Of a stretch of DNA of 64,000 bases, positions 37,318 to 50,900 are shown piece after piece. The stretch comes from Haliotis rufescens. Lineage: Eukaryota. Position 1 is the first letter of the stretch; every line of letters starts with the position of its first letter. The notes under the pieces are model-generated. The model had not been told where the DNA came from and made no database searches. It saw nothing but the letters and a program-made list of their open reading frames with translations. Location: assembly GCF_023055435.1 (NCBI RefSeq), contig NW_025964112.1, positions 20,026,001-20,090,000 of the forward strand. The letters run 5' to 3'. A program made the translations under genes and the position numbers.

Positions 37318-37498
37318 CCCTGTGATAATATCAAATTGTATGTTGTTAATTGACTCTGATAATGCCTAGTTTACCTTTGGAAAATGCCAAAGTTGTAACA
37401 GTCTCACCTGTGTTCTGTGATTCTACAATTTCTTGATTCAACAGAGAACTTGTACCTAATTCAAAATCAGATCTTGCATGATTCCATAAAACATCTTG

Positions 37499-38149
37499 AT
37501 TTTTATCCCCCGCCGGGCCAGAATGGCCGAAGGGGGATTATGTCGTGGTGCAGTCCGTCCGTCTGTCTGTCTGTCCTACAGAGGGTACTAAGCTTGTGAA
37601 ATCAACTCCTCCTACAGTTTCCAGAGAATATCCCTGAAACTCTACACACAAGATGTTGACATGTTGATGATGCGCATATCGCAGTCCCGTTTCATTTCGA
37701 CTAATTTTGACAGAGTTACTGCCCCTGTTTTACGGAGCTTCATTTGCCTAAATGTGAGAGAGGGTACTGAGCTTGTGAAATCAACTCCTCCTACAGTTTC
37801 CAGAGAATATCCCTGACACTCTACACACAAGATGTCGACATGTTGATGATACGCATATCGCAGTCCCGTTTCATTTCGACCAAATTTGACAGAGTTACTG
37901 CCCCTGTTTTACGGAGCTTCATTTGCCTAATTGTGAGAGAGGTACTTAGCTCTTAGAGAATATCTCTGACACTCTACACACAAGATGTCGACATGTTGAT
38001 GATACGCATATCGCAGTCCCGTTTCATTTCGACCAAATTTGACAGAGTTACTGCCTCTGTTTTACGGAGCTTCATGAAAAATACAAAGAAAATATAACCA
38101 CGTTAAAAAAATTCATGCGGGGGATGTTGTGCTCTCAGAGCACTCTTGT
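37499..38149 (+). mobile_element. Non-autonomous Helentron/HINE-like element carrying ~2.7 copies of a 179-bp repeat
   Basis: T-rich start, subterminal inverted repeats atcccccgc / gcgggggat, (GTCC/GTCT) microsatellite, central tandem array, 3' hairpin gtgctct-c-agagcac (38129-38143). Confidence 0.75.
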
Positions 38150-38249
38150 GGAGTAAGTGAATGAGTGATGTTTTATTATCAGCTAGGGATAGTCCAGCCA
38201 TACCATGACAGCCCCTTATAGTGAGTGAGTGTTAAAACACAATTCAAAC

Positions 38250-38990
38250 TTGATCAAAGACGAGATTCAGGAAGCGTAGTACGGGAGGAGATAAACAGAA
38301 ATGTGTTTGTTCAAATAACACCGTCATCTTGCTTCCTTGTAAACCTTTTATCTGCAGAAACTCCTTGCTTTCCTAATTCTGCTACAATTTCTTGCTCTGA
38401 CACATCAGACAGACAGTCGGGCACAATGCCGCGACAAGAGTTAAGTGGACTGTGCACAGCCACAGCAATGTCCTTATTTGCAAACAATTAGACAGATAGT
38501 AGATTGGGAAATTGCTGTCTCTTTGTGAATTCAACCAGAAGGACCTTGACAGGTCTTTACCTTTACCTCTCCACAAGTTTCAGAAATACTTTTGATATAA
38601 CAAACGGATTGAGATTGATTGTCTGCTTGCCAAGGATCTCTATTATAATCAATCACGCACAGGAATCAATATGTTGAGATACATCATCAGTTTCAATTTC
38701 AAATTATAAATGTCTTCTTTTTGGACGATTGGAACCCAACAATTGTTTGGACATGGTGAAGCCCACCCTCCATCGTGTCTGAACATGGAATTTTATTGCA
38801 TCGGATCTCCAGCATGCAAATACCAGGGATACAGGGGTGTTGTACTCGAAATATGACATGATTAGCTTTATTTGTTAAAAACCTTCATTGCCGGGCTAGT
38901 TCGGCCCATAGCAATACAGTATTCAGCCGTCTACATTACCAGATCGGCCCATGAGCCACCGCCTTCTGGCATAGGACTCCAGACGATTTA
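38250..38990 (-). mobile_element. Degenerate 5' fragment of an I/Nimb-clade LINE (ORF1 remnant)
   Basis: Minus-strand translation with stops: LNPFVISK...LLVEF...AVHSPLNSCRGIV...SEQEIVAELGKQGV...TNTFLF...TLPE, resembling I-group ORF1. Confidence 0.65.
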
Positions 38991-39059
38991 TTACATCAAT
39001 AATTAGTGTATTCTGCGACCAAAGACCAAACAATACATTTGTCAAAAATAAAATACATG

Positions 39060-41024
39060 TATGTGCAAAAACATCCTATGCACAGGGCTTGGAATGACCA
39101 GCCGATTGACCTTCTAGCACCTGTTCGGGTAAAGTCAGGGTCAAAGTTGTGTGTTGGGCAGGGGAAACCTGTTCCTGGCACAAGATCCCCAATCTACCAG
39201 ACTCCCCATTCTCCACCGGCATAGAGACGCAACCCACGGCAAACGGGTTGCTCAATTTAGTCACCTTTTAGGACAAGCAATGGGGTGCTGGGGTCATATT
39301 CTGATACGATGTCGGCGTCGTCTACCGGACATAGAAAAAGTAGAGAGCGCTCTCGACCCACAGCAGACGATCGACATCAAGATACAGATCGACATTCTAA
39401 GGATCGACCCCTAGAGTCACATCCTAAGGCTCGACATTCACAGGATCGAGCCTCAAAGGGACCCAAAGGAAAGCTCTTCTTCAGGTCGTCGGTCGCGGGG
39501 TCGATCTTCTAAGAGTCGTCAGTCTAAGGATCGATACTCCCAAGGGTCGACATTCGGATCGTTCTCGTCAACATTGATCATCACGGGAGTGGACTTCTAC
39601 ATCGAGGCATTCCTCCAAGCAGAGGGAGATCGTCATTATGAGACCAATTCTGAATCTTCGGACCGTCATCACTCCATGGATTGATCTTATAATTATGACC
39701 ATGGCCGCTCCCGTTCGATCGCGTTCTTTGGACTCTTGGCTCTCAACACCATCCCTATCGAAACTCATCACGAAATTATGGATACGACAAGCCCCTCGGC
39801 TAGGATTGATATCCATCTCCATCCCATCGATACCAGCCTATGCGATACTATCTTTTTCCCACACCTGATTGATATGGGGATAATCGATATCGGCCCTACT
39901 CTAAATACCCTTCAATGCCTGATTACTATCGCTATGCTTCTCCTACACATCGACATCGAGATTGACATTGACATGAGGATCGACAGGAAATCGACATCGA
40001 CCTTCCTCTCATTCACGTTCCGCGTCCCCTACTGATACCGATCCAGATCAGTGATCACCCGACATGTCGCACTCCCTGGTCGTAACGCCGCCCTCTCAAC
40101 TTCCTGTGACAGACCCTTCCACTAGTACGGTTCCTCCAGCGACTAATCCCTTACCAACTTCATGGGGTCATAGAGATCAGACCGTGTTCTCGGCATCACA
40201 GATGGGATCGCTTTTACAGTCCTTGTCGGCAGCCTTACAGCAACGCACCGAACAGTCGGGGGTATCACCTACCGATGCTAAACCACAATTGCATTACAGA
40301 CGACTCCAGGTACTGCGGTTAGAGACAGGCTCGATAACAGGCCTATTCCTCCGGATGCTATCCCTGACAGCCAGGCTTCACCTCCATCAGCTACGCCCTG
40401 GGGATCCTACTCTGATTCTTCCTTGGATCGCGTACACACTCAACTTTCCTCGTAGTACAACCGAGGATGATCTCCTTTTGGGGTTTGCGATGTCCACTAA
40501 CGCGGCTTCTCCAATCACGTTGCCTCCCGCGGCGATCATGGCGGACTTCCCAAAGAACCTGGATTTGGCCTTTGCCGCCTTCCGTCGTCAGAAGGACAAA
40601 CTATCTATGCCCCGGTTCAACATCGCTGGGGACACATGGGATGTCAACCATTGTCTCTTCTCAGAGGTTGGACAGTAACATTGCGACCCTCTCCCCGAAG
40701 CTTTCCTCCACTACATCTGTTATTGATGATCGGGAACTAGTTCATCTGAATGTCACCATCAGACGGACCCTGTCCTTATTGTCCACCATACTGTCGGCGA
40801 CAGACGCAGTAGCTATGTCCGTGTCCCATGCTAAGACGTCAGAGGAATCATACATCAAAGGGACCCTAAATTTAATCAATAGAAATTCCAGGACGTCATG
40901 GACCTTATCACACATCAGTTGGTATCACTTACTGCTCAACTGCGAAGAGGCCTACTCACCAGGTCCTACTGTCCTCCTTAAATACATCATGTTTAGAACA
41001 ACAATCTGCGACTATTTCAGTTAA
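39060..41024 (+). mobile_element. Decayed retrotransposon gag-like region, probably DIRS-type
   Basis: CpG-rich, frameshifted ORFs; long R/S/H/D-rich low-complexity region followed by a helical segment (…ITLPP…DRELVHL…TAQLRRGLL); no RT seen. Confidence 0.45.
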
Positions 41025-41602
41025 GTGTTTTAGAACTAGGAAGACAAGAGCTCTCATTTAGCTGCATGTATTGGTCCAATTGGCTTGTACTGGGAGGTTT
41101 TATAATACTTGCGTTTCAGGTCTTCCCAGTGAAGCATCTCCTTTGTGATAAAGGCATTGATTTAAATGTTGCATTTGTATAGATATATAGATTTCTGATA
41201 AAAAAATATTGCTGTCTGCTGTATGATGGCATTATTCCAGTAATCCATCAATGTGTTTTTAAGAACCTTCTCATAACGCTTAAGACTTTAATTATTAAAC
41301 TGACAATGAACATCCCCCTGGTGATATTCATTTGTGATACCTGAATAAACTCTGGAGCGCTCTCAGAAAACCCCCAATCTACTTTGATGATGAGGACCAG
41401 TATGTTATAATAGGGAGTTACTATACTAACTATACATCCTTCTCATGATTCAGTAAACCTGCTACGGTTCTTAAGTTAATTGATTACTGATTCTGTAGGG
41501 ATCTGTACAGATGGTTTAAAACGTTTGCCACTCACTGTATGTCGGATACAGTGTATGCTTGCCCAACAGCACAGGCAACAATTTGAAACAACCCCGTATA
41601 GA

Positions 41603-41929
41603 ATGGGTTCCTTCTACGTTATAAGCATTGCGGTCATTTGTATGAATTGTGTTTCTCCGGTATCCGTGAGGAAAATGTGTTCAAAGGTAGACGATCTGTC
41701 ACAACTGCGGCAAAACCAGCGACTTCCTGGAAAAGAATTATTTTCAACCATGACAGATGGAGTCATGTTATGTGCACGCTTATGCCTTGGTGTTACGCTG
41801 TGTGGTTCTTTCAACTTCAACACCAGAACTGGTGCTTGTGAACTCAATGACGTCACTCTTGGGACAGAAGGAACCGAAGTAGTCCATGCACCCAATTACG
41901 TTTTCTCCGAAGTCAACTTTTGGCCAAAG
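41603..41929 (+). CDS. PAN-GON exon 1: signal peptide + PAN/Apple domain
   Basis: MGSFYVISIAVICM...; CARLC...CGSFNF...CELN; AAG|gtaatc. Confidence 0.85.
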
Positions 41930-44900
41930 GTAATCTTCAAAACCCATGTCTTTCATTAGTTTCCCCGTGTAGTTCTTGGGGCGAAACATGTCCCTGGTAC
42001 CCATGCTTGTCGATACAGGCCGCAGAGATATAGGTGAAATGTTGTGGGATGTTGTAGAATGTTGCGGACTCGCGCGATACAGGCTGCAGAGATATTGGTG
42101 TAATGTTGTAGAATGTTGCGGACAACCACGATACGGGCCGTAAAGATATAGGTGGAATGTAGTGGGATGTTGTGGAATGTTGCGGCCTGGCGCGATACGG
42201 GCCGCAGAAATAATGGTGTAATGTTGTGGGATGTTGTAGAATGTTGCAGACTGGCACAATACAGGCTGCAGAGATATTGCTGTAATGTTGTGGAATGTTG
42301 TAGAATGTTGAAGAATGTTGCGGACAACCGCGATACGGGCCGCAGAAATATAGGTGGAATATTGTGGGATGTTGTAGAATGTTACGGGTTGGTGCGATGC
42401 AGGCTGCACACATATTGGTGAAATGTTGTAGAATGTTGCGGAAAACCGCAATACAGGCCGTAGAGATATAGCTGGAATGTTGTGGGATGTTGTAGAATGT
42501 TGCGGACAACCGCGATACAGGCTGCAGAGATATTGCTGTAAGGTTGTGGAATGTTGCGGCCTGGCACGATACGAGCCGCAGAAATATAGGTGGAATGTTC
42601 TGGGATGTTGTAGAATGTTGCGAACTGGCGCGATACAGGCTGCAGAGATATAGGTGGAATGTTGTGGAATGTTGCAGATTGGTGCGATACAGGCTGTAAA
42701 GATATGGTTGGAATGTTGTGGGATGTTGTAGAATGTTGCGTACTGGCGCGATACAGGCTGCAGAGATATTGGTGTAATGTTGTGGAATGTTGCGGACAAC
42801 CGCGATACGGGCCGTAGAGATATGGTTGGAATGTTGTGGGATGTTGTAGAATGTTGCGAACTGGCGCGATACAGGCTGCAGAGATATAGGTGGAATGTTG
42901 TGGAATGCTGCAGATTGGTGTGATACAGGCTGTAGAGATATGGTTGGAATGTTGTTGAATGTTGTAGAATGTTGCGTACTGGCGCGATACAGGCTGCAGA
43001 GATATTGGTGTAATGTTGTGGAATGTTGCGGACAACCGCGATACAGGCTGCAGAGATATTGGTGTAATGTTGTAGAGTGTTGCGGACAACCGTGATACAG
43101 GCTGCAGAGATATTGGTGTAATGTTGTAGAGTGTTGCGGACAACCGTGATACAGGCTGCAGAGATATTGGTGTAACGTTGTAGAGTGTTGCGGACAACCG
43201 CGATACAGGCTGCAGATATATTGGTGTAATGTTGTAGAGTGTTGCGGACAACCGTGATACAGGCTGCAGAGATATTGGTGTAATGTTGTGGAATGTTGCG
43301 GACAACCGCGATACAGGCTGCAGAGATATTGATGTAATGTTGTAGAGTGTTGCGGACAACCGCGATACAGGCTGCAGAGATATTGGTGTAATGTTATAGA
43401 ATGTTGCGGACAACCGCGATACAGGCTGCAGAGATATTGGTGTAATGTTGTAGAATGTTGCGGACAACCGCGATACGGGCCGTAGAGATATGGTTGGAAT
43501 GTTGTGGAATGTTGTAGAATGTTGCGTACAGAGATATTGGTGTAATGCTGTGGAATGTTGCGGACAACCGCGATACAGGCTGCAGAGATGTTGGTGTAAT
43601 GTTGTAGAATGTTGCGGACAACCGCGATACGGACCGTAGAGATATGGTTGGAATGTTGTGGGATGTTGCGTACAGAGATATTGGTGTAATGCTGTGGAAT
43701 GTTGCGGACAACCGCGATACAGGCTGCAGAGATGTTGGTGTAATGTTGTAGAATGTTGCGGACAACCGCGATACGGACCGTAGAGATATGGTTGGAATGT
43801 TGTGGGATGTTGCGTACAGAGATATTGGTGTAATGCTGTGGAATGTTGCGGACAACCGCGATACAGGCTGCAGAGATGTTGGTGTAATGTTGTAGAATGT
43901 TGCGGACAACCGCGATACGGGCCGTAGAGATATGGTTGGAATGTTGTGGGATGTTGTAGAATGTTGCGGACTGGCGCGATACAGGCTGCAGAGATATAGG
44001 CGGAATATTGAGGACTGGCGCAATACAGTCCGCAGAGATATAGGTTGAATGTTGTTGAATATTGAGGCCTGGCGCAATATTGGCCGCAGAGATATAGGTG
44101 TAATGTTGTGTCATGTTGTGTAATGTTGTGTAATGTTGTGGACAAAGCGATACAGGCCGTAGGGATATAGTTGGAATGTTGCGTATTGCCGCAGAGATAC
44201 AGGTGGAATGTTGTTGAATGTTGTTGAATGTTGCGGACTGGCGCGATGCAGACCTCGGGAATGTAGTTTGAATGTTGAGGACAGCTGTGATCTTCCCGAG
44301 GCAAGAGTGTCCACATGCCTATATCAAAGCCTACTTTCCACCCTTGCCATTTCAAACCTACTTTTCTGATCTAAAATATGAAAGGACTATCGCACATATC
44401 GACAGCCCCATCAGAGAACGTTCTCCAAAATCAACATCTGGGTTCCGAAAACGTGGTCGTTGCCATCGCCTGTCGAATTGTTCCAAAAACTAAGTGAAGT
44501 CAAATATTTCGGAGTGGTTCAAAGTTTTTAATCAACCCGCCAAAGTACTATCTATACATATATAGTTCATTGTTGTTTTTTTTTTATCTCGAACGACTGA
44601 ACGCTTATAGCGGTGAGGTGAGGTGAGGTGAGGTGAGGTGAGGTGAGGTGAGGTGAGGTGAGGTGAGGTGAGGTGTTTAACGTCGCGTTCAAGATTATTA
44701 TACAGGGACGTGCATGTGTGGGGCTGCTTGTACTTGTCCGGACAAATGCTAGCCCACTGAGATATCATGCCGCACTCAGACACAGCATCCAAGCCGACCG
44801 GTCCTTGTTTTAGCCCGATAATGCCGACCACCAGGCAGGTTAACAACAAGTTTTTAACGTTTCGTTGTATGTCGCAACCTCCCGCTCTCCGGGAAGACGA

Positions 44901-47900
44901 TCTACCACTTGTCCACGGAGGCAGTCTTATGGCAGTGACTGAGATGAAGTGTTATTTCCAGACGACCCCTGCGGAGTGTTTCACGTTACTGCGATGTTCA
45001 GTGTTACTTTGTCCTGCCTAGTCTGTATGAATATATTAGTGTAAGATGAGGCAGTAATAAGAATCCTAACTGTGTTGGGTGAAATGGTTTACCGTGGCGT
45101 CTTTGCCGTGGTTATTTTGTGTCTGTCAGGGGTGAAATCTCGAATCTTTTTGTAATCTGATGGACCAGTTAGCCATCTTTGTGAAGCCATTCGAAATAAG
45201 AACATCGATCTTGTTGGATATCGCCTTTTCATCAAAGGGAAACAACTCGTGTTCCACACAGGGTAGCGCCACGATCGCTGTAATACACGGGTGGAAACAA
45301 GGCTTTTGACATAGGCAATTATTTTATGAAAACATGGGGTTTTAAGTTTGTTTGTTTGATTTGTACTTTTTCAATGGATTATTGATGTTGGAAGAATTAT
45401 TATTATATACTCATATGACCATGCATGTGTTGCCTGCCAGAGACTTGCCGGAGTGTGCATGAACCACACGTGCCTCGAGTCCCAGTACTGTCAACCAAAG
45501 AACGACACTGACTACTCCTGCAAGCCTTGGGGTGAGTATAAAGGACGACAGTCATTCCAGTATTATTCATAAATTTTAATATTCAATTATTATACCATAT
45601 TTAAGTTATTTTCCTTCTCCTGGCACTTTTAAAAAGACTAAATTCTTTAAGTTCCCCTGTGTCGCTAAATAGTGTAGAAAAAAAATCAGAAATCTGGGAA
45701 ATACAATCTTTCTAAATTAATTCAAAGTGTGTTTTTATTTGTGTGTGTTTTATTTGAAATGTGTTGTGCACATATAAACTATTTATGAAATGTGAAAAAT
45801 ATCAAGTATTTGTCATATACTCAACAACAAAAGTTCCTGTGACACCAATATTTTAGTGTATTTTCAAACAAGTAAAGTTTGGTTTTCAATATTGTAGTAC
45901 ATGTATGGAATCAAGTCACAAAAACGCAACTGCTACAGAAAAGCATGCATTCCATGCAAAAGGTGACTTTTATGCAAGCCCCATGAATTTCACTACTCAA
46001 AGAATGGGTATAAAAACATGTGCGTTAACGGGATTCCATATGCATTGTTTAGCATCGTGCTGACAAAAACCACTCAGAAAAACATCAAAATTACGCAATT
46101 ATTCAACATTACGAAATGCCACGCCTGTCCGAAAATGAGCGTTTGCGAGCCATTGGTATGCTTGAAGCAGGATCGTAACCAATAATCGACAAGACAACTG
46201 GATTCGAACAACACACCTACGAAATCGATTCCAGCTTGCAACAGTGACTGCAAGAAGCATCCCTGGCCTTCAACGAATATCTTCACAAACCGTACGTCGT
46301 CGCCTCAGATGTGCAGGGATTGTCGCCAGAAGACCCGTCAGACGTCCCATGGACGGCCATGCAGTGGAGACAAGTTCTATTCACTGACGAGTCTCGTTTT
46401 CACCTCAGCCACAGCGATGGGCGGATTCGAGTGTACCGACTTCGAGGTGAGCGTTATGTCAATCATTATGTCATTGAAGAAGATCGGTTCTGGGGAGGCA
46501 GCGTAATGGCATGGGGTGGGATTACAGCAAGACAGAGGACCCGTTTGATAGTGGTAGAGGGAAATCTCAATGGACAGCGCTACCGCGACGAGATCATCGG
46601 CCCTGTTGTTCTACCGTTTTTTGCGTCGTCATGGCCCAGGCATTACCTTTCAACATGACAACGCCCGGCCTTATATTGCTCGACTTGTTCAGGATTCCCT
46701 TCAACAAAACAACGTGAATGTCATCCCCTGGCCGGCTCGCTCCCCTTATCTCTCACCAATCGAGCACATGTGGGATGAGATGGATCGGCGCCTTCGACGT
46801 CAACCACGTGTTCCACAGACACTCCAGGAACTTCGGAACATGCTCCAGCAGATATGGACAGTTATCCCACAGGACTTTGTGCGACGCCTGGTCCATTCCA
46901 TGAGACGAAGATGTGTTGCTTGCATCGCAACCAAAGGTGGATACACACGCTATTGATTTGTAAATTGACATTTTGGCATGTTCATGTTTTTGTTTATGAA
47001 ACCACGCATTTTCTGAAGTAAGTATGGCAAATTAAACCATTTGAACACTTACAGGAGTCTTTTATCTGTTGCAAACCGGAATTGTTTCAGATTTGGTTAA
47101 AAACAAAACTTTGCATTTAATCTTATTCAATGTCACAGGAACTTTTGTTGTTCTGTATATATATAAATATATGCATGATACTTTCCATATTTCATAAAAA
47201 GATTCTTTGTACGTAGGTAAGCTCGCATGCACGCACGCACGCACACACGGACATAGACATACATTATATATACGGTATGTTTTACGGTAGGCCTAGACAT
47301 TACCTATAACAGTGGGTATATTCAATGATGATGTTTATCGCTAAGAAAATGGACATTTCTTGGAAAGCGCACTTTGCAATTTTTTTGCATAACTGTAGGT
47401 AATAATCCTTATCGGCTGAATGGTTTCACTTTATAAGCATTAATTTAGCATACATGCGTTAATCATCGCGATGTTTCGCTATTCTATTTCAAGTGGCGAG
47501 GACTATAGCAACACATACCAAATTTCAGTACATGTTGTCGTAACTGCGTTTTGGGTTTAAGGCCAGGTTCACACAGTGCCGATTATGGCTCCCGTTTGAG
47601 ATCAGAAAGAGCGACGACACGTAAAGTGAAAAAGTCGGATAACTATCCTTAATGATCTGGAATGTCCTATCATTGTCTGAACGCAGTCGTATACTTTCGT
47701 AACAGAGTCCTACGGATCAGGAAAGGTCCAGAGAGGTCGGCCAAGCACTTCCGACAGTATGGTGCGTCCCGTAACATTCGGGAAACCTTTTTTTCGGGAA
47801 AACTCCGATTTTGTCTCGTCGGATTACAATCGTCACTATGTCTTGACAGATTCTGCTGTATCGGATCAAAATCGTAACAATTTCCCGTGTTGTCTGGGCG

Positions 47901-50900
47901 GTGTCCTGTGGATCGGGCATAAATTGTTCATTGCCCTTTTTTTGTCGACTGAGTCCAGATTGCGTCCAGATCTTGCCGAATGCGAACCGTCTTTGTCGGT
48001 GCACTGTCCGGTCAGTGTCTGATCTGTGTCGGATTGCATTCGGGAGAATCGGGACGCTGTCGGAGCAGATTAGGTCGTTTTTCACCATGCGGAAGATACT
48101 GATCAGATCAGATTCAGATTGAGAACGGGAGAATCGGGACGAATTCGGCTGGAAACGGCTGAATCGGGACGCTTCCTGAACAAAATCTGATTGTCAATTT
48201 CCCGCCACGAATCACAGGATCCTTGATCAGACTTTTGACACATTTTAATTGGGAATGGTCCTATCAAGGACGGCTGTAAAACTCCTGAATGTGTGACTGA
48301 GACCTAACTGAACCCTTCTACAGTTACCTATTTTATTGTCGTTCCGTGTCGTTATACGAACATACGTTTTAATCGCTCCAGTCCATCAAAGACAAATTCT
48401 ACACAAGCGGCTCGTAAGTTTCGGTATTTTTCCGAGTACGACACACATGAGTTCATGGTCAGATCAGACTGTTAAAGAATCAAAATGAGGCATTGTTACA
48501 TGTGACATGTGACAAATACGGAACACTAAAAAGAGATGTTCAGTACTTACTTTGGCAGCGACTGAAGCCAATCGACGCCATTTTTCAGTCTGTGACGAGG
48601 CTGGCCTGTCTTGTGTATAAGTTGTCTTTGATGGACTGGAGCGTATGTGAGTATAACCTATGAGTTGTATTTATTCCTGGAGATTCGCTGTGCAGAGTGG
48701 CGTCCCTTGGGCACGCCAGAAACCTATGAGTGTGGGTTCGAATCCCGATTACGTTTCTAGGTTTGTCAGCACCATATCCGTGCTCGTGGCTTTCACCGAA
48801 GTGGTAAACGTTTGAGACCTGCATCACTTCGGGCGTTCCTCCCACATTAAGCTGACACGCCGCGATACAACTGGAATATTGTTAAAAGCGGCGTTAAACC
48901 CAACTCACTCACTCACTCGCTATTCCTGGAGAGAGAGGCATAACGTAAGTTCCGAATTGATGCCCTTTGTTATGTAGTAGTTCAAGTGAGGGTAGAGTTG
49001 AACTCATAAGCTGTTCATCATTCATTATAAAATCGCTGAAATCAGACATGTGCTGAACTGGCGCCCTATTCTGTTCTGAAGTGTCCGGTTAAAAGGTAGG
49101 TAGGTTTAGTTTCTGGAGAAAACTTATAAACTGTTAAATATTGTTAATTTTACTTTGTATATAGAATACGCAACAACTGAACTGGTGGCTTTTGCGATTC
49201 GGGAACTTATAATTTGCAGTTTTTTGCTGTCGCTTCAATGACAGATAATTTAATTTAGTGTAGGATTTGATACCAGTGTCAAACTATCACGTTTCATTTA
49301 CTGGACTCCTTCAAAGATTTCATCACAATCCCAGGGGGAGATGGTTGTTTGAAATTGTTGGAAAGCGTGAAGGTGTAAAAATCATTAATTACTTCAACTG
49401 ACCTCGACTCGTTTTTTAACCCGTTCACCTTGCGATACATGTTTATAAGCAGGAAACCTTTCGTTCGTAACCTGAATAATAAGTGTTATCCACTAATCAA
49501 CCCTTCACAGTATATGTTCCCTATTAAAGAACGACAACAATTCCTCCAGGCGTTCTCTCACTACTTTAATCGGTACAAAACTCACTCGTATCACTTATAA
49601 TTAAAGATGCACTTTGCTGAATATGTGTATATTTGGGTGAGGGTTTACCGCCGCTCAGGACAATAGTTTAGTTTTATCACAGCGTGTAATGTACGAGAAA
49701 AGTCCGAAATCACACAGGTCGAGGGCGTCTACAGCCTTCATGAAGCCCATGATCGCGATAACGTTGCACACAAACCAGGGCGAACCGCGGTTCGAACCTA
49801 CAATCGTAGTTTCAGGAAGTTCAAAGAGACGCAACTCTCAACGGCAAATTGCGAACTAGTAGGCTTTCTCATTATTTTTTCAACAGTGGCTATGTCGTGC
49901 TCTGATGTGCAGCAGTGTCAACCAAACAGCCCAAATGGGGAGTACTGGCTCCATCTTGGGAGCCATCCGTTCAACAAAACCCGGATATACTGCCACGACA
50001 TGAGTACAGAAAATCCTCAGGAATATGTTACGCTTCTCCACGAAAACGATGGCTTCTACCCTGCCAAACAATCACTTGGGTGTACGAACGAATACACATG
50101 GCCAAACAAAGGTGGATCTGTGTGGTTCCAAAAGATTAGATTAGATGTCAAGGTGAGTAACATAAGACGGGTGCAATTAGGGTTTATACAGTTAGAGGTA
50201 TTTAAATAACAGTGAGTTAGTATTGAACCGCACTTAAACAGCATTTCAGTCATATCACGGGGTGTCAGCTTGGTGTAAAGGTCGCCCCAAGAGATACGAG
50301 GGGCGATTGATAAGTTCTAAGCCTAACAAAGAAAACAAAGTCAGTTTGATACCAAAGCTTTTTATTTTTCGACATAGTCCCCTTTAAGGTCAACACACTT
50401 CTGCCAGCGATGTTGCAATGCCATTATGCCACTTTGGTAGAAGTCAACTTCTTGGTCTCTCAAAAAGTTGTTGACCACTGTAATGACGTCATCATCTGAC
50501 TGGAAATGAGTTCCAGCTAAATGCCTTTTCGACTGTGGGAACAGATGATAGTCCGACGGAGCCAAAACAGGTGAATAAGGTTGATGTTGGAGAAGTTCAA
50601 AGCCACACTCATGGATTTTGGCCATTGCTATCAGTGATGTGTGTGCTGGAGCATTGTCGTGATGATATAGCACATCTTTCGTCAACTTTCCACGTCGCGT
50701 AACTTTGATTTTCTCTCTTAACTGTCTCAGAAGTTCCACATAGTAAGCCCCTGTAACAATACGGCCTTTAGGAAGCCAGTCCACCATGATCACACCTTCA
50801 GAATCCCAAAACAGGGATGCCATGACTTTCCCAGCTGAAGGCACAGACTTTGCTTTCTTTGGAGTAGGAGATGTGACATGTTTCCAGTGTTTAGACTGTT

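Noticed and set aside
41480-41602. N-terminal extension of the PAN ORF given in the ORF track
   Set aside because: It starts at a non-ATG codon; ATG 41603 directly precedes the signal-like hydrophobic stretch
41780-44355. 725-, 657- and 339-aa minus-strand ORFs
   Set aside because: All frames are open and give the same peptides, which reflects a stop-poor satellite inside an intron
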